Made by a program: the position numbers and the translations under genes. 64,000 nt of DNA, from NCBI GenBank assembly GCA_963816145.1, contig CAWFJP010000004.1, positions 288,001 to 352,000 of the forward strand, in the 5' to 3' direction. Every line of letters begins with the position of its first letter. The stretch's first letter is position 1. The stretch comes from an uncultured delta proteobacterium. Lineage in GTDB: Bacteria; Desulfobacterota; Binatia; UBA9968. The notes under the pieces are model-generated. The model searched no databases and was not told the DNA's origin. It saw nothing but the letters and a program-made list of their open reading frames with translations. Below are positions 1-13,121 of this stretch, piece by piece.

Positions 1-1
1 A

Positions 2-271
2 AGCTTGGATATCGGTAAAGCGGTCAGAGAAATCAAGGCGGGTAAGTTGGAATTTCGCGTCGATAAGGCAGGGATCGTTCACGTGCCCGTGGGCCGTGCG
101 TCGTTTTCCGCCGAACAATTGATCGACAATGCCCGGATGGTTTTACTGACCGTGCTGCGGGCAAAACCCGCATCGGCCAAGGGGAACTACGTCAAGGGCG
201 TAACGGTTGCCACCACCATGGGGCCTGGCATCAAAATCGATTTGGCGCAGATCCGGGCGATGGCCGCTTAA
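2..271 (+). CDS. rplA: 50S ribosomal protein L1, 3' part (truncated by window edge)
   Basis: [16 protein letters not shown]...KPASAKGNY...TTMGPG is the L1 C-terminus; lies upstream of rplJ. Confidence 0.96.
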   Translation, partial: SLDIGKAVREIKAGKLEFRVDKAGIVHVPVGRASFSAEQLIDNARMVLLTVLRAKPASAKGNYVKGVTVATTMGPGIKIDLAQIRAMAA

Positions 272-333
272 AGGCTGAGGATCATTCGCGGGCCCAATCA
301 ACATCAGATCAGAATAGGATCGGGGAGAAGAAA

Positions 334-876
334 ATGTCGGAAGCGCAGGTTGTCCGTGCCGGTTACAGCGAGAAATCCGAAACGGTGAACGCCGTTCACG
401 AGCGGCTCAAGTCCGCGAAAATGGCGATTGTGACGGAGTACCGCGGCCTGACGGTTGCGCAAATGACCAAGTTGCGCCGCGAAGTCCGCCAGGTTTCAGG
501 CGAATATCAAGTGATCAAGAATACCTTGGTGCGGCGCGCACTCAAGGACACCGTTTACGGCGATTTAGCAAAGTTGCTCGAGGGGCCCAACGGTTGGGTG
601 TTCGCTTATGATGACCCGGTTCTACTAACCAAGACTTTGCTCAAGTTTGCCGACGACAACGATAAACTGACCATTAAGGGCGGCGTCTTCGAAGGCCGCT
701 TCATGGATTCGGCCGGCGTAAAAGTTCTCTCGCAAATGCCCAGCAAGCCGGAATTGCAGGCGAAGTTGCTGGCGATGATCAACGCTCCGGCGACTCAGTT
801 GCTGCGCACTATTCAAGAGCCCGGTGCACAGATGGTCCGTTTGCTCGAATCCCTGCGCAAAGCAAAAAGCGAATAA
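334..876 (+). CDS. rplJ: 50S ribosomal protein L10
   Basis: EYRGLTVAQMTKLRR, VIKNTL, LAMINAPA motifs; SD GGGGAG; synteny. Confidence 0.96.
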   Translation: MSEAQVVRAGYSEKSETVNAVHERLKSAKMAIVTEYRGLTVAQMTKLRREVRQVSGEYQVIKNTLVRRALKDTVYGDLAKLLEGPNGWVFAYDDPVLLTKTLLKFADDNDKLTIKGGVFEGRFMDSAGVKVLSQMPSKPELQAKLLAMINAPATQLLRTIQEPGAQMVRLLESLRKAKSE

Positions 877-915
877 CAATCAACTAACTAGCAGATATTT
901 TAAAGGGGGAACGTT

Positions 916-1293
916 ATGGAAGGCGTATCAAGAGAACAAGTTAAAGATTACATCAAGAACATGACCTTGATGGATGCAGCGACGTTGGTGAAGGAACTCG
1001 AAGAAGAGTTAGGCGTGAGCGCAGCGGCGCCCGTCGCGGTGGCGGCGGCAGCCGGCCCAGCGGCCGCGGCGGCCGAGGAGAAGACCGAGTTCAACGTCAT
1101 TCTCGCCGAGGCCGGTGAAAAGAAGATTCAGGTCATCAAAGTCGTTCGCGAATTGACCGGGTTGGGTTTGAAGGAAGCCAAGGATTTGGTCGATGGCGCG
1201 CCCAAGCCTGTCAAAGAGGGCGTCTCCAAGGCCGATGCCGAGAATATCAAGAAGAAGCTCGAAGAACAGGGCGCTAAAGTCGAAGTCAAGTAA
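916..1293 (+). CDS. rplL: 50S ribosomal protein L7/L12
   Basis: [34 protein letters not shown]. Confidence 0.98.
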   Translation: MEGVSREQVKDYIKNMTLMDAATLVKELEEELGVSAAAPVAVAAAAGPAAAAAEEKTEFNVILAEAGEKKIQVIKVVRELTGLGLKEAKDLVDGAPKPVKEGVSKADAENIKKKLEEQGAKVEVK

Positions 1294-1367
1294 ATCTCTC
1301 GCAGTGGATCGCTCCGTTGAGTTGTTTGAAATGGATCGTTAACCGCTAGTTCGAGAGAGGAGCACGC

Positions 1368-4300
1368 ATGGCCTTTCAGGTTGCCAATAACTTACGATTC
1401 CGCCGTAGCTTCGGGAGAATTCGAAAAATTATCGACCTCCCGTATTTGATCGAAATCCAGAAAAACTCTTACGAGCTGTTCCTGCAGAAAGATGCGGCGC
1501 CGACCGAGCGCCAGAACATGGGTCTGCAGGAGGTTTTTAAGTCGGTCTTTCCGATTAAGGATTTTAACGAAACCGCTTCTTTGGAATTTGTCAGTTATAC
1601 CCTCGGCGAGCCCAAGTATGACGTCGAGGAGTGTCACCAACGCGGCATGACCTACGCTGCGCCTTTAAAGGTGACGGTGCAGTTGGTGCTGTGGGATGTT
1701 GACCAGCAGACCGGTGCCCGCAGCATCAAGAACGTCAAAGAGCAGGAAGTTTATTTCGGTGAAGTCCCGCTCATGACGATCAACGGCACCTTCATGATCA
1801 ACGGTACGGAGCGGGTGATTGTCAGCCAGTTGCACCGTTCGCCCGGCGTATTCTTCGAGCATGACAAAGGCAAGACCCACGCCAGCGGCAAGTTGCTGTA
1901 TTCGGCGCGGGTGATTCCTTATCGTGGGTCGTGGGTCGACCTCGAATTCGATCCACGCGACGTGGTCTATGTGCGGATCGACCGGCGGCGCAAATTTCAC
2001 GCGACGGTATTGTTGCGCGCGCTCGGAATGACCAGCGAAGACTTGCTCAATTACTACTATCGCAGCGACACGATTCACTTCGACGGCCGCAAGGCGACGT
2101 TGGAGTTCAATGCGAACCATCTGCTCGGCGCGAAGGTCAGCGCAGATGTGCGCGACCCAAAGAGCAACGATATCATCGTCAAAGAAGGCAAGAAATTCAC
2201 CCGGCCGGTGTTGCGCCAGATGGAAGCGGCGCGGGTCAAGCAAGTGCCGATCGCGCTGGAAGAAATCCTTGGACGCGTGGCGTCTCATGACGTTGTCGAC
2301 CCCCACGGCAAAGAAGTGCTGGTCGAGTGCAATCACGAGATCACTCAGGAAAAACTCGATCTGATCCGCGATAAAGGGCTCACCCAGGTCGAAGTTTTGT
2401 TTATCGATGAATCGAGCGTCGGTCCGTATCTGCGCAACACGCTACTGCAAGACCGGATTCGTTCCCCCCAAGATGCCATCCTGGAAATTTACCGGCGCTT
2501 ACGGCCCGGCGATCCACCGACGGTGGAGTCGGCGACCAATTTTTTCAACAACTTGTTTTTCAATCCGGATCGCTACGATCTCTCCAAGGTAGGCCGGTTG
2601 AAGCTCAACCATCGGCTCAAGCTCAACATCCCGCTGGAGCAGGGCACGTTGCGTAAAGAGGATATCCTCGAAGTGGTGCGCTACTTGATGGAGCTCAAGA
2701 ATGGCAACGGCTCGGTGGACGACATCGATCACCTGGGTAATCGCCGCGTGCGGGCAGTCGGCGAATTGGTAGAAAACCATTTCCGTGTCGGCTTGGTGCG
2801 CATGGAGCGGGCGATTAAAGAGAAGATGAGCTTGCAGGACATCGAGACATTGATGCCGCAGGAACTCATCAACTACAAACCGGTTTCAGCTGCGCTTAAA
2901 GAGTTCTTTGGCTCCAGCCAGCTATCGCAGTTTATGGATCAAACCAATCCACTGTCGGAAATCACCCATAAGCGGCGGCTTTCGGCTCTTGGACCCGGCG
3001 GTTTGACGCGCGAGCGCGCCGGTTTCGAAGTGCGCGATGTGCATCCGACCCACTATGGTCGGGTCTGTCCGATCGAAACTCCGGAAGGTCCGAATATCGG
3101 CTTGATCGCGTCGCTGACCACCTATGCGCGGGTCAATGACTTTGGTTTTATCGAAACCCCTTATCGCGAAGTCGAAAATGGTCGGGTTACCGACAAGATT
3201 CGCTATCTTTCGGCCCTCGAAGAAGAAGACCACGTGATTGCCCAGGCGAATGCGCCCATCGACGGCCGCGGAAATTTCTCCGCGGATTTGGTTTCGTCGC
3301 GCAAGGGCGGCGAATTCGTCATGGCCCGTCCCGAAGAAGTCAATTTCATGGACGTGTCCCCGAATCAGCTGGTCAGTGTAGCTGCTTCGCTAATTCCTTT
3401 CTTGGAAAACGACGACGCCAACCGCGCGCTGATGGGTTCCAACATGCAGCGCCAGGCAGTGCCGCTGTTGCGCACCGAGGCGCCGTTTGTCGGTACCGGG
3501 ATGGAGCGGACCGTGGCGCGGGATTCCGGTGTCACGATCGTTGCACGCCGCGACGGTTTAGTTGAAAGCGTCGATTCCACGCGCATTGTCGTAAAAGCCG
3601 ACAAGCCGGCCGGCTCGCGGGATACGGGTGTCGATATCTACAACCTAGTTAAATACCAGCGTTCCAATCAAAACACCTGTAACAACCAGCGTCCCATTGT
3701 CGTGGTCGGCGATCAAGTCAAAGCCGGTGACGTCATTGCTGACGGTCCGTCGACTGAGATGGGCGAGCTGGCGCTTGGACGCAACGTCGTCGTCGCACTG
3801 ATGCCGTGGGGCGGTTATAACTTCGAAGATTCCATTTTGATCAACGAACGGGTGGTCAAAGAAGACATTTTCACATCGATTCATATCGAAGAGTTCGAGT
3901 GCGTATCGCGCGACACGAAATTAGGGCCCGAGGAAATCACCAGGGATATCCCGAACGTTGGTGACGAGGCGCTCACCGATCTCGATGAAAGCGGTATCAT
4001 TCGCATCGGCGCCGAAGTCAAGCCGGGTCAGATCCTGGTCGGCAAGATTACGCCGAAGGGCGAAACCCAATTGTCGCCGGAAGAAAAGTTGTTGCGCGCG
4101 ATTTTCGGCGAAAAGGCCGGTGAAGTGCGCGACACCTCGCTGCGCGTACCGCCTGGCGTTGAAGGAACGGTTATCAACGTCCGCATCTTTTCGCGAAAAG
4201 GCTTAGGTAAAGACGATCGCAGCAAATCGATCGAGGACGAAGAGGTAACACGGCTGCGCAAAGATCAGCATGACGAGGTGCGGATTCTCCAAGAAGGCGC

Positions 4301-5471
4301 ACTTCGCCGGCTGAAAAAACTTCTGGTCGGCCGCCGCCTGGCGAGCCGCATCAGCGACGATAGCCGCAAAGTCCTGCTCAACAAGGGGCAGGAGGTGACC
4401 GAGGAAGATCTCGATCAGCTGCCGATGTCCTACTGGAGCGAGATTCAAGTCGATAATGAATCGGTGGAGAATGAGCTCGGCCGGATCATCGAGAGCACGA
4501 CCACTCAGGTTAACCTGATCAAGCATGCGTTCGAAGATAAAATCGAAAAACTTAAAGGCGGCGATGAGCTGCCTCCCGGCGTCATCAAGATGGTCAAGGT
4601 TTTTGTCGCCATCAAACGTAAGCTCCAAGTCGGCGACAAGATGGCCGGCCGGCATGGCAACAAGGGTGTCATTTCCCGGATTCTGCCCGAGGAAGACATG
4701 CCGTATTTAGAGGACGGCACGCCCGTCGACGTGGTGCTGAATCCGTTAGGGGTCCCGTCGCGTATGAACGTGGGGCAGATTCTCGAGGCCCATTTGGGTT
4801 GGGCGGCGCGCAGTCTGGGACACCAAATCGACGATCTCTTGCGTACCCACAATGGAGATGTCGATCAATTGCGGCGCCGCTTGAAAGACTACTTGAATAC
4901 CCGGGACGCCAACGAATTGATCGATGGCGCCAAAGATGTCGAGGTGTTGAAGCTCGCGTCCAAATATCGCGACGGCGTGCGCATCGCATCACCGGTCTTC
5001 GACGGTGCCGCGGAAGAGGAAATTTTCAACCTGTTGCGCAAAGCCGGGTTGCCGGCCACCGGACAGGCGACGTTGTACGATGGCCGTACTGGCGAACCCT
5101 TCGACGGCAAAGTCACCGTCGGCGTCATGTACATCATGAAGCTGCATCACTTGGTCGACGATAAGATCCACGCCCGCTCGACCGGGCCCTATTCACTTGT
5201 CACGCAGCAGCCCCTGGGCGGTAAGGCGCAGTTCGGTGGCCAGCGTTTGGGTGAGATGGAAGTCTGGGCACTGGAAGCTTATGGCGCCGCGTATACGTTG
5301 CAAGAGATGCTCACGGTGAAGTCCGACGACGTGGTTGGACGCACGCGCATGTACGAAGCGATCGTCAAGGGCGATAATCTGCTCGAACCGGGGCTTCCCG
5401 AATCTTTCAACGTCATGGTGAAAGAGCTCCAAAGCCTGGGTTTGGATGTCGATCTCGTCGAAGAAAAGTAG
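1368..5471 (+). CDS. rpoB: RNA polymerase beta subunit
   Basis: 1367 aa; [61 protein letters not shown]. Confidence 0.99.
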   Translation: MAFQVANNLRFRRSFGRIRKIIDLPYLIEIQKNSYELFLQKDAAPTERQNMGLQEVFKSVFPIKDFNETASLEFVSYTLGEPKYDVEECHQRGMTYAAPLKVTVQLVLWDVDQQTGARSIKNVKEQEVYFGEVPLMTINGTFMINGTERVIVSQLHRSPGVFFEHDKGKTHASGKLLYSARVIPYRGSWVDLEFDPRDVVYVRIDRRRKFHATVLLRALGMTSEDLLNYYYRSDTIHFDGRKATLEFNANHLLGAKVSADVRDPKSNDIIVKEGKKFTRPVLRQMEAARVKQVPIALEEILGRVASHDVVDPHGKEVLVECNHEITQEKLDLIRDKGLTQVEVLFIDESSVGPYLRNTLLQDRIRSPQDAILEIYRRLRPGDPPTVESATNFFNNLFFNPDRYDLSKVGRLKLNHRLKLNIPLEQGTLRKEDILEVVRYLMELKNGNGSVDDIDHLGNRRVRAVGELVENHFRVGLVRMERAIKEKMSLQDIETLMPQELINYKPVSAALKEFFGSSQLSQFMDQTNPLSEITHKRRLSALGPGGLTRERAGFEVRDVHPTHYGRVCPIETPEGPNIGLIASLTTYARVNDFGFIETPYREVENGRVTDKIRYLSALEEEDHVIAQANAPIDGRGNFSADLVSSRKGGEFVMARPEEVNFMDVSPNQLVSVAASLIPFLENDDANRALMGSNMQRQAVPLLRTEAPFVGTGMERTVARDSGVTIVARRDGLVESVDSTRIVVKADKPAGSRDTGVDIYNLVKYQRSNQNTCNNQRPIVVVGDQVKAGDVIADGPSTEMGELALGRNVVVALMPWGGYNFEDSILINERVVKEDIFTSIHIEEFECVSRDTKLGPEEITRDIPNVGDEALTDLDESGIIRIGAEVKPGQILVGKITPKGETQLSPEEKLLRAIFGEKAGEVRDTSLRVPPGVEGTVINVRIFSRKGLGKDDRSKSIEDEEVTRLRKDQHDEVRILQEGALRRLKKLLVGRRLASRISDDSRKVLLNKGQEVTEEDLDQLPMSYWSEIQVDNESVENELGRIIESTTTQVNLIKHAFEDKIEKLKGGDELPPGVIKMVKVFVAIKRKLQVGDKMAGRHGNKGVISRILPEEDMPYLEDGTPVDVVLNPLGVPSRMNVGQILEAHLGWAARSLGHQIDDLLRTHNGDVDQLRRRLKDYLNTRDANELIDGAKDVEVLKLASKYRDGVRIASPVFDGAAEEEIFNLLRKAGLPATGQATLYDGRTGEPFDGKVTVGVMYIMKLHHLVDDKIHARSTGPYSLVTQQPLGGKAQFGGQRLGEMEVWALEAYGAAYTLQEMLTVKSDDVVGRTRMYEAIVKGDNLLEPGLPESFNVMVKELQSLGLDVDLVEEK

Positions 5472-5517
5472 GTAACCCCAGTAAGGCTGTGCCGCTAAAA
5501 CCGGAGGTGATCCTGAT

Positions 5518-8500
5518 ATGGAAGATCTGTTCAATTTATTCGAAAAACCGAAGAATCCGCTAAGTTTTAACGCGATCAAAGTTTCCGTGGCTTCGCCAGA
5601 AAAGATTCGCTCTTGGTCCCATGGCGAAGTGAAGAAGCCCGAGACGATTAATTACCGGACTTTCAAGCCGGAACGGGATGGCTTGTTTTGCGCCAAGATC
5701 TTCGGTCCAACCAAAGATTACGAATGCAACTGCGGCAAATACAAGCGCATGCGCCACCGTGGTGTGGTCTGCGAAAAGTGCGGCGTCGAAGTTATCCAGT
5801 CCAAAGTGCGCCGCGAGCGCATGGGGCACATCGAATTGGCGACGCCGGTCGTGCATATTTGGTTTTTGAAGAGCCTCCCCAGCCGAATCGGCGCGCTGCT
5901 CGACATGTCGCTTAAAGACATCGAGAAGGTGCTCTACTTCGAGTCCTACATCGTCGTCGATCCGGGCGAGACCCCGCTGCAATACAAAGAGCTTTTAACC
6001 GAAGCGCGTTACCGCAAGGCGGTGGAGGAGTACGGCGGCAAATTTGTCGCCGGGATGGGCGCCGAGGCAGTGCGCAAGCTGCTCAAAGAGATCGATATTC
6101 CCAAGGTTGCCGACGAATTGCGCCAGGAAATGCGCGATGCCAATTCCGAAGTGCGGCGCAAAAAGATGGCCAAGCGGCTCAAAGTTTTGACCGCTTTCCG
6201 GACTTCAGGTAATCGTCCGGAGTGGATGGTTATGGAAGTGATTCCAGTGATTCCGCCAGACTTGCGTCCTCTAGTCCCTCTCGACGGCGGCCGCTTCGCG
6301 ACTTCCGATTTGAACGACCTCTATCGCCGCGTCATCAATCGTAACAACCGGCTCAAACGGCTGATGGAATTGAGCGCGCCGGACATGATCATCCGTAACG
6401 AAAAGCGCATGCTCCAAGAAGCGGTCGATGCCTTGTTCGACAACGGGCGGCGCGGCCGGGCGATTACCGGCCAAAACCGCCGGCCGCTCAAATCTTTGAG
6501 CGAAATGCTCAAAGGCAAAACCGGCCGTTTCCGCCAGAACCTGCTCGGCAAACGTGTCGACTATTCAGGCCGTTCGGTTATCGTCGTCGGTCCAGAACTG
6601 CGCTTGCATCAGTGCGGTTTACCGAAAAAGATGGCCCTCGAGCTCTTCAAGCCGTTTATCTACAATAAGCTCGAAGAACGGGGCCATGTGACGACGATCA
6701 AAAGTGCCAAAAAGATGGTCGAACGCGAGCTCCCGGAAGTTTGGGATATTCTCGACGAAGTCATCCGCGAGCATCCCGTTTTGCTCAACCGGGCGCCGAC
6801 GCTGCATCGTTTGGGCATTCAGGCCTTCGAACCCATCTTGATCGAGGGCAAGGCGATTCAGCTTCATCCGCTGGTTTGCGCTGCTTACAACGCCGATTTC
6901 GACGGCGATCAGATGGCAGTGCATGTGCCGTTATCCGTCGAAGCTCAGGTCGAGGCACGCGCTTTAATGATGTCGACTAACAATATCTTGTCACCAGCTC
7001 ATGGCAAGCCGATCATCGTGCCGACCCAGGATATCGTATTGGGCCTATACTACATGACCCGCGACCGCTTGCATGCCAAAGGGAGTGGCCGGTTATTCAG
7101 TAGCCCGACCGAGGTCCGCGTGGCCTACGATCAGGGCGAGGTCGACCTCCAAGCGCCGATCACGGTGCGTATCAATGGCGAGCGAATCGACACCACCACC
7201 GGTCGTGTGCTGCTTTACGACGTGGTTCCCGAGGTAATTCCTTTCAAGGAAGTCAATCGGGTGATGAAGAAAAAAGAGCTTGCCAACTTGATCGACGTGA
7301 GCTTCCGACTCGCCGGCAACAAGGCGACGGTTATTCTTGCCGATCGCTTGAAAGATGTCGGTTATCGCCATGCCACGAAGGCCGGCATCTCGATCTCGAT
7401 TAAGGACATGCTGATTCCGCCGACGAAAGAGGCGATGCTCAAGCGGGCGCATGACGATGTGCGCGAGATCGAAGAGCAATACAAGAACGGTCTGATTACC
7501 GACGGCGAGCGCTATAATAAAGTCGTCGACATCTGGGCTGAAGTCACCGACCGTATCGCCGATCAGATGCTCGGCGATTTGGGCACGGAGAAGGTCACCG
7601 ACGAGCACGGTCATGAATTTACCGTGCCGAGCTTCAATCCGATTTTCATGATGGCCGACTCCGGCGCGCGCGGCAGCGCGCAGCAAATTCGCCAATTGGC
7701 CGGCATGCGCGGCTTGATGGCGAAGCCTTCCGGTGAAATTATTGAGACCCCGATCACGGCCAATTTCCGCGAAGGATTGACCGTGTTGCAGTATTTCATC
7801 TCGACCCACGGCGCGCGCAAGGGTCTGGCCGATACGGCATTGAAAACCGCCAATTCCGGTTACCTGACGCGCCGTCTCGTCGACGTCGCTCAGGACGCGG
7901 TCATTGGTGAATCGGATTGCGGCACCATGGACGGCATCGAGATCACGCCGTTGATGGAAGGCGGCGAAGTCATCGAACCGCTTGGTGATCGCGTCCTAGG
8001 CCGGGTGGCTCTAGAAGATGTGGTCGATCCCTTTACCGGCGAGGTGATCGTCAAGGCCAACCAAGAAATCAACGAAGAATTGGTACAACGGGTCGAAGAT
8101 GCCGGCCTGGAACGAATCAAGATTCGTTCGGTATTAACCTGCGCGTCCCGTCGCGGTGTATGCATCATGTGTTACGGGCGCGACTTGGGCCGCGGTCATA
8201 TGATCAACATGGGCGAGGCGGTTGGCGTGATCGCCGCCCAGTCGATCGGTGAACCGGGCACGCAGTTGACGATGCGTACCTTCCATATCGGCGGTACGGC
8301 GAGCCGGCGCGCGGAGCAGACCACGCTCGAAGCGCGTAACGATGGTAATCTGAAATTCATCAACGTTAACACCGTAACCAATAAAGAGGGCGATTTCGTC
8401 GTTATGAACCGTAACGGTGAAGTGGCGATTGTCGACTATCCAGAGGGTGAGAAGGGGCGCGTGCGTGAACGCGAACGCTACCCGGTGGTCTATGGCGCAA

Positions 8501-9645
8501 AGCTCAAGAAGAAAGATGGCGCCAAGGTCAAAGCCGGTGAACTGCTGGCTGAATGGGACCCGTACACCATCCCAATTCTCACCGAGGTTAGCGGCCCGGT
8601 GAAGTTCGGTGACGTGATTGAAAACGTCACCATGGAAGAGAAAGTCGATGAGCGGACCGGTCTATCGACCAAGGTTATCATCGACTCGAAAGATATCGAT
8701 AAGCGGCCGCGCATTTCGATTAAGGACACCCAGGGTCAGACCACCCGGCTAACAGCAACGGCGGAAGCTCGATATTTAATTCCGGTCGGCGCCCATATCA
8801 ATGTCCAGGACGGCCAAGAAGTATTTGCCGGCGATATCTTGGCGAAAATCCCAAGGGAAACCACCAAGACCAAAGACATCACCGGTGGCTTGCCGCGTGT
8901 CGCGGAACTCTTCGAAGCGCGCAAGCCGAAAGAATTCGCCGTTATCAGCGAAATCGACGGTGCGGTTTCTTTCGGTAAGGACACCAAGGGGAAACGTAAA
9001 GTCGTGGTCACTCCGGAAATCGGCGAGCCGCGTGAATATTTGATTCCCAAAGGCAAGCACATCAGCGTCCATGACGGTGATCGTATCCGCGCCGGCGAGG
9101 CGTTGATGGACGGCTCGTCCAACCCGCACGATATTCTCAATATTCTCGGCGAAAAGGCTCTGGCGAAGTATCTCGTCGACGAAGTGCAGGAGATCTATCG
9201 GCTCCAGGGTGTGCGCATCAACGACAAGCATATCGAGGTTATCGTGCGCCAAATGCTGCGCCGCGTGCGCATCAAAGATGTCGGCGATGCCGATTTCTTG
9301 GTTGGCGACCAGATCGAGAAGTGGCGTTTCGAAGATGAAAACCAGCGGGTTATCGGCGAGAATGGCAAACCCGCGGTTGCCGAACCGCTTTTGCTAGGTA
9401 TTACCAAGGCGTCGTTGTCGACCGAAAGTTTCATCTCCGCTGCGTCGTTCCAAGAGACCACTAAGGTGCTCACGGAAGCCGCTATCCAAGGCAAAGTCGA
9501 TTTGCTGCGCGGTTTGAAAGAGAACGTCATTATGGGTCGGCTAATCCCGGCCGGTACCGGTGTGACTAATTACGCCAAAGCCGAAATCGAAACTGACGAA
9601 ATTGAAGACGGCGCCGCCCCGATGGATCATGCGGCGGAGGCATAA
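5518..9645 (+). CDS. rpoC: RNA polymerase beta' subunit
   Basis: 1375 aa; catalytic NADFDGD, N-terminal zinc finger, SD GGAGGT. Confidence 0.99.
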   Translation: MEDLFNLFEKPKNPLSFNAIKVSVASPEKIRSWSHGEVKKPETINYRTFKPERDGLFCAKIFGPTKDYECNCGKYKRMRHRGVVCEKCGVEVIQSKVRRERMGHIELATPVVHIWFLKSLPSRIGALLDMSLKDIEKVLYFESYIVVDPGETPLQYKELLTEARYRKAVEEYGGKFVAGMGAEAVRKLLKEIDIPKVADELRQEMRDANSEVRRKKMAKRLKVLTAFRTSGNRPEWMVMEVIPVIPPDLRPLVPLDGGRFATSDLNDLYRRVINRNNRLKRLMELSAPDMIIRNEKRMLQEAVDALFDNGRRGRAITGQNRRPLKSLSEMLKGKTGRFRQNLLGKRVDYSGRSVIVVGPELRLHQCGLPKKMALELFKPFIYNKLEERGHVTTIKSAKKMVERELPEVWDILDEVIREHPVLLNRAPTLHRLGIQAFEPILIEGKAIQLHPLVCAAYNADFDGDQMAVHVPLSVEAQVEARALMMSTNNILSPAHGKPIIVPTQDIVLGLYYMTRDRLHAKGSGRLFSSPTEVRVAYDQGEVDLQAPITVRINGERIDTTTGRVLLYDVVPEVIPFKEVNRVMKKKELANLIDVSFRLAGNKATVILADRLKDVGYRHATKAGISISIKDMLIPPTKEAMLKRAHDDVREIEEQYKNGLITDGERYNKVVDIWAEVTDRIADQMLGDLGTEKVTDEHGHEFTVPSFNPIFMMADSGARGSAQQIRQLAGMRGLMAKPSGEIIETPITANFREGLTVLQYFISTHGARKGLADTALKTANSGYLTRRLVDVAQDAVIGESDCGTMDGIEITPLMEGGEVIEPLGDRVLGRVALEDVVDPFTGEVIVKANQEINEELVQRVEDAGLERIKIRSVLTCASRRGVCIMCYGRDLGRGHMINMGEAVGVIAAQSIGEPGTQLTMRTFHIGGTASRRAEQTTLEARNDGNLKFINVNTVTNKEGDFVVMNRNGEVAIVDYPEGEKGRVRERERYPVVYGAKLKKKDGAKVKAGELLAEWDPYTIPILTEVSGPVKFGDVIENVTMEEKVDERTGLSTKVIIDSKDIDKRPRISIKDTQGQTTRLTATAEARYLIPVGAHINVQDGQEVFAGDILAKIPRETTKTKDITGGLPRVAELFEARKPKEFAVISEIDGAVSFGKDTKGKRKVVVTPEIGEPREYLIPKGKHISVHDGDRIRAGEALMDGSSNPHDILNILGEKALAKYLVDEVQEIYRLQGVRINDKHIEVIVRQMLRRVRIKDVGDADFLVGDQIEKWRFEDENQRVIGENGKPAVAEPLLLGITKASLSTESFISAASFQETTKVLTEAAIQGKVDLLRGLKENVIMGRLIPAGTGVTNYAKAEIETDEIEDGAAPMDHAAEA

Positions 9646-9648
9646 GCT

Positions 9649-9677
9649 TTGACAATGGCGAAATATTTTGTTAATTA
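9649..9677 (+). promoter_or_regulatory. putative sigma-70 promoter for rpsL
   Basis: TTGACA (9649-9654), 17-nt spacer, imperfect TG-n-TAATTA -10 in an AT-rich gap. Confidence 0.5.
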
Positions 9678-9753
9678 AAGGATTTTCCTAGGGGAGTTGT
9701 GAGGGCTAATTTGCTCCCCAGAATCCTAACGAGATCGACGAGAAACATGAGTT

Positions 9754-10125
9754 ATGCCAACTATTAGTCAACTAGTGCGTGAGAGCCGAGAAAAGCAGCG
9801 CCGCAAGAATACCGCACCGGCGCTGCAAAGCTGTCCGCAGAAGCGCGGCGTGTGCACACGTGTTTACACATCGACGCCGAAAAAACCGAACTCGGCGCTC
9901 CGTAAAGTCGCTCGCGTGCGATTAACCAATGGTGTCGAAGTGACGTCTTACATTCCTGGGGTCGGCCACAATTTGCAGGAGCACTCGGTGGTTTTGATTC
10001 GCGGCGGCCGTGTAAAGGATCTACCCGGAGTTCGTTATCATATCGTCCGCGGCACACTGGATTCTATCGGGGTTCAGGATCGCCGTCAGAGCCGCTCTAA
10101 ATATGGCGCCAAGAAACCGAAGTAA
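9754..10125 (+). CDS. rpsL: 30S ribosomal protein S12
   Basis: [28 protein letters not shown]. Confidence 0.99.
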   Translation: MPTISQLVRESREKQRRKNTAPALQSCPQKRGVCTRVYTSTPKKPNSALRKVARVRLTNGVEVTSYIPGVGHNLQEHSVVLIRGGRVKDLPGVRYHIVRGTLDSIGVQDRRQSRSKYGAKKPK

Positions 10126-10130
10126 TATTT

Positions 10131-10601
10131 ATGCCGCGTAAAGGTGAAGTAAGAAAACGAGAGATTTTGCCGGACCCAAAATACGGCGATAAGGTCGTGG
10201 CGAAGTTTGTCAATACGATCATGAATCAGGGCAAGAAGAGCGTGGCGGAATCGATCCTCTATCATAGCCTCGATATCATTACAGCCAAGACCAAAGAAGA
10301 TTCTTTGGGAATCTTCAAGCGTGCCATCGAGAACACCCGGCCCACCGTCGAGGTTCGGTCCCGGCGCGTCGGGGGTGCTACCTATCAGGTGCCCGTTGAA
10401 GTGCGGCCGCAGCGGCGTCTGTCCCTCAGTATGCGCTGGTTAATTGACGCGGCCCGGGAGCGCGCCGAAAAGTCTATGGAAGAAAAATTGGCGGCGGAAT
10501 TGATCGATGCCGCCAACAATCGCGGCACAGCGATTAAGAAAAAAGAAGACACGCATCGTATGGCGGAGGCCAACCGGGCCTTTGCTCACTATCGTTGGTA
10601 A
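10131..10601 (+). CDS. rpsG: 30S ribosomal protein S7
   Basis: [30 protein letters not shown]. Confidence 0.99.
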   Translation: MPRKGEVRKREILPDPKYGDKVVAKFVNTIMNQGKKSVAESILYHSLDIITAKTKEDSLGIFKRAIENTRPTVEVRSRRVGGATYQVPVEVRPQRRLSLSMRWLIDAARERAEKSMEEKLAAELIDAANNRGTAIKKKEDTHRMAEANRAFAHYRW

Positions 10602-10624
10602 GTAACATTTAAATTTGAGTTCGT

Positions 10625-10656
10625 AAAAGGAGGCGGTTTGACCGCCTCCTTTTTTT
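10625..10656 (+). terminator. intrinsic terminator-like hairpin between rpsG and fusA
   Basis: AAAAGGAGGCGGT-TTG-ACCGCCTCCTTTTTTT: perfect stem followed by a T run. Confidence 0.75.
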
Positions 10657-10670
10657 CCGGCGTAAAGAAA

Positions 10671-12767
10671 ATGGCTAGAACCGTCTCATTAGAGAAGACC
10701 CGCAATATCGGCATCATGGCCCACATCGATGCCGGTAAGACCACGACCACGGAGCGGATCCTCTACTACACCGGGATCAACTATAAGATCGGTGAAGTGC
10801 ATGAGGGTACCGCAACCATGGACTGGATGGTCCAGGAGCAAGAGCGCGGGATCACGATCACTTCGGCGGCGACCACCTGTTTCTGGCGCGACCATCGAGT
10901 CAATATCATCGATACTCCGGGCCATGTGGATTTCACCATCGAAGTCGAGCGCTCGCTGCGCGTTCTTGACGGCGCGGTGGCAGTATTCTGCTCGGTCGGC
11001 GGCGTCGAACCGCAGACAGAGACGGTTTGGCGTCAGGCCGATAAATATGGTGTTCCTCGTCTCGCCTTCATCAACAAGATGGATCGTCTCGGCGCCGACT
11101 TCTTCCGGGTCGTCAAAATGATCGAGACCCGCCTGGGCGCCCGTCCGGCGGTCATGCAATTGCCGATCGGCGCCGAAGACAAGTTCACTGGTATCGTTGA
11201 CTTGATCACCATGAAGGCAGTGGTCTGGGAAGATGAGAGCTTGGGCGCCAAGTTTCATGAAGAAGAAATCCCGGCAGATCTAAAAGTTCAAGCCGATGAG
11301 TATCGGGAAAAATTGCTGGAAGCTGCCGCCGACGCTGACGAAGCGTTGATGGAAAAGTATCTCGACGGCAAGCCCATTAGCGAAGCTGAGTTACGGGCCG
11401 CGATTCGCAAGGCCACACTCGCTCTCAAGATTGTTCCAATAGTCTGTGGTACGGCTTTCCGCAACAAGGGTGTTCAGCCGATGCTTGATGCGGTCGTGGA
11501 CTTTCTACCGTCACCTGTCGATATTCCGCCGGTTAAGGGGGTCGTAGCCGGCACCGACAAGCCGGATGAGCGGCCGGCTAGGGACGATGTGCCGTTCTCG
11601 GCGTTAGCTTTCAAGATCATGACCGACCCGTTCGTCGGAACCTTGACGTTTTTCCGGGTCTATTCTGGTTCCATCAGTTCCGGCGCGAGTATTTATAACT
11701 CGACCAAAACTAAACGTGAACGGGTCGGTCGTTTGCTCAAGATGCACGCCAACAAGCGGGAAGAAATCAAAGACGTTTATGCCGGTGATATTGCGGCCGC
11801 CGTGGGTCTAAGAACCGCGACCACCGGCGACACTTTATGCGATGAAGATAAGCCCATTGTTCTTGAGTCTATCGATTTCCCGGAACCCGTCATATCGATC
11901 GCAATCGAACCTAAGAGTAAAGCCGATCAGGAAAAGCTCGGACTATCGTTGCAGAAGTTGGCCACCGAAGATCCTTCCTTTCGTGTGCGTACGGATGAAG
12001 AAACCGGGCAGACGATTATTTCCGGCATGGGCGAGTTGCACCTAGAGATTATCGTCGATCGTTTGCTCCGCGAATTTAGTGTCGGTGCCAGTGTCGGTAA
12101 GCCCCAGGTCGCCTATCGCGAGACGGTGCGAAAAGTTGTCGAGCAGCAGGGCCGTTTTGTGCGGCAGACCGGCGGTCGTGGTCAGTACGGCGATGTTTGG
12201 ATAAAACTCGAACCTCAGGAACCAGGTGGCGGTTTCGAATTTGTCGACGCCATCAAGGGCGGATCGATTCCGCGCGAATATATCCCGGCGGTTGAGAAGG
12301 GCATTCGCGAAGCGCTCGATAATGGGGTGCTAGCCGGCTATCCCGTGGTCGATGTTAAGGTGACTTTGTTCGATGGCAGCTATCACGACGTCGACTCATC
12401 GGAAATCGCCTTCAAAATCGCCGGTTCGATGGCATTCAAACAGGCGGCGCGTAAGGCCAGCCCGGTGTTGCTCGAACCGATTATGTCGGTGGAAGTCGTC
12501 GTGCCGGAAGATTTCATGGGCGATGTGATTGGCGACCTGAGCTCGCGGCGCGGCAAGGTGCTTGGCATGGACACGCGGCCGGCGGCCCAAGCGATCGATG
12601 CTCGGGTGCCATTGGCCCAGATGTTCGGTTACGCTACGGACGTGCGTTCGATGACTCAAGGGCGGGCGACCTATACAATGCAGTTTTCCCATTATGAACC
12701 TGTTCCAGCGGCGGTTGCTGAAGGTATTATCGCCAAATTTGATGGCAAGTCGGATGATGAAGTATGA
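10671..12767 (+). CDS. fusA: elongation factor G
   Basis: [27 protein letters not shown]; start set at ATG 10671 ([14 protein letters not shown]). Confidence 0.98.
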   Translation: MARTVSLEKTRNIGIMAHIDAGKTTTTERILYYTGINYKIGEVHEGTATMDWMVQEQERGITITSAATTCFWRDHRVNIIDTPGHVDFTIEVERSLRVLDGAVAVFCSVGGVEPQTETVWRQADKYGVPRLAFINKMDRLGADFFRVVKMIETRLGARPAVMQLPIGAEDKFTGIVDLITMKAVVWEDESLGAKFHEEEIPADLKVQADEYREKLLEAAADADEALMEKYLDGKPISEAELRAAIRKATLALKIVPIVCGTAFRNKGVQPMLDAVVDFLPSPVDIPPVKGVVAGTDKPDERPARDDVPFSALAFKIMTDPFVGTLTFFRVYSGSISSGASIYNSTKTKRERVGRLLKMHANKREEIKDVYAGDIAAAVGLRTATTGDTLCDEDKPIVLESIDFPEPVISIAIEPKSKADQEKLGLSLQKLATEDPSFRVRTDEETGQTIISGMGELHLEIIVDRLLREFSVGASVGKPQVAYRETVRKVVEQQGRFVRQTGGRGQYGDVWIKLEPQEPGGGFEFVDAIKGGSIPREYIPAVEKGIREALDNGVLAGYPVVDVKVTLFDGSYHDVDSSEIAFKIAGSMAFKQAARKASPVLLEPIMSVEVVVPEDFMGDVIGDLSSRRGKVLGMDTRPAAQAIDARVPLAQMFGYATDVRSMTQGRATYTMQFSHYEPVPAAVAEGIIAKFDGKSDDEV

Positions 12768-13072
12768 ACGAGAAAATTAGGATTCGGCTGAAAGCCTATG
12801 ACCACCGCGTTTTGGATCAGTCGGTGGGCGAGATCGTCGAGACCGTACGGCGCACCGGCGGCCGGGTTGCGGGACCTATTCCGTTGCCCACCCGCATTGA
12901 GCGATTCACGGTCAACCGTTCGCCCCATGTCGACAAAAAGTCGCGCGATCAATATGAAATTCGCACGCATAAGCGTTTGCTCGATATTCTCGAACCGACC
13001 CAGCAGACGATTGACGCTCTGGGCAAGCTCGATATCGCCGCGGGTGTGGATGTGGAGATAAAGCTCCAGTAA
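12764..13072 (+). CDS. rpsJ: 30S ribosomal protein S10
   Basis: [28 protein letters not shown]; ATGA overlap with fusA stop. Confidence 0.99.
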   Translation: MNEKIRIRLKAYDHRVLDQSVGEIVETVRRTGGRVAGPIPLPTRIERFTVNRSPHVDKKSRDQYEIRTHKRLLDILEPTQQTIDALGKLDIAAGVDVEIKLQ

Positions 13073-13121
13073 CCAAAGGATAAAAGAGTCGGACTAACCA
13101 AGCGCCGATGGGAATGAGATC

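Noticed and set aside
272-333. L10 leader RNA
   Set aside because: The 62-nt gap shows no recognisable leader structure.
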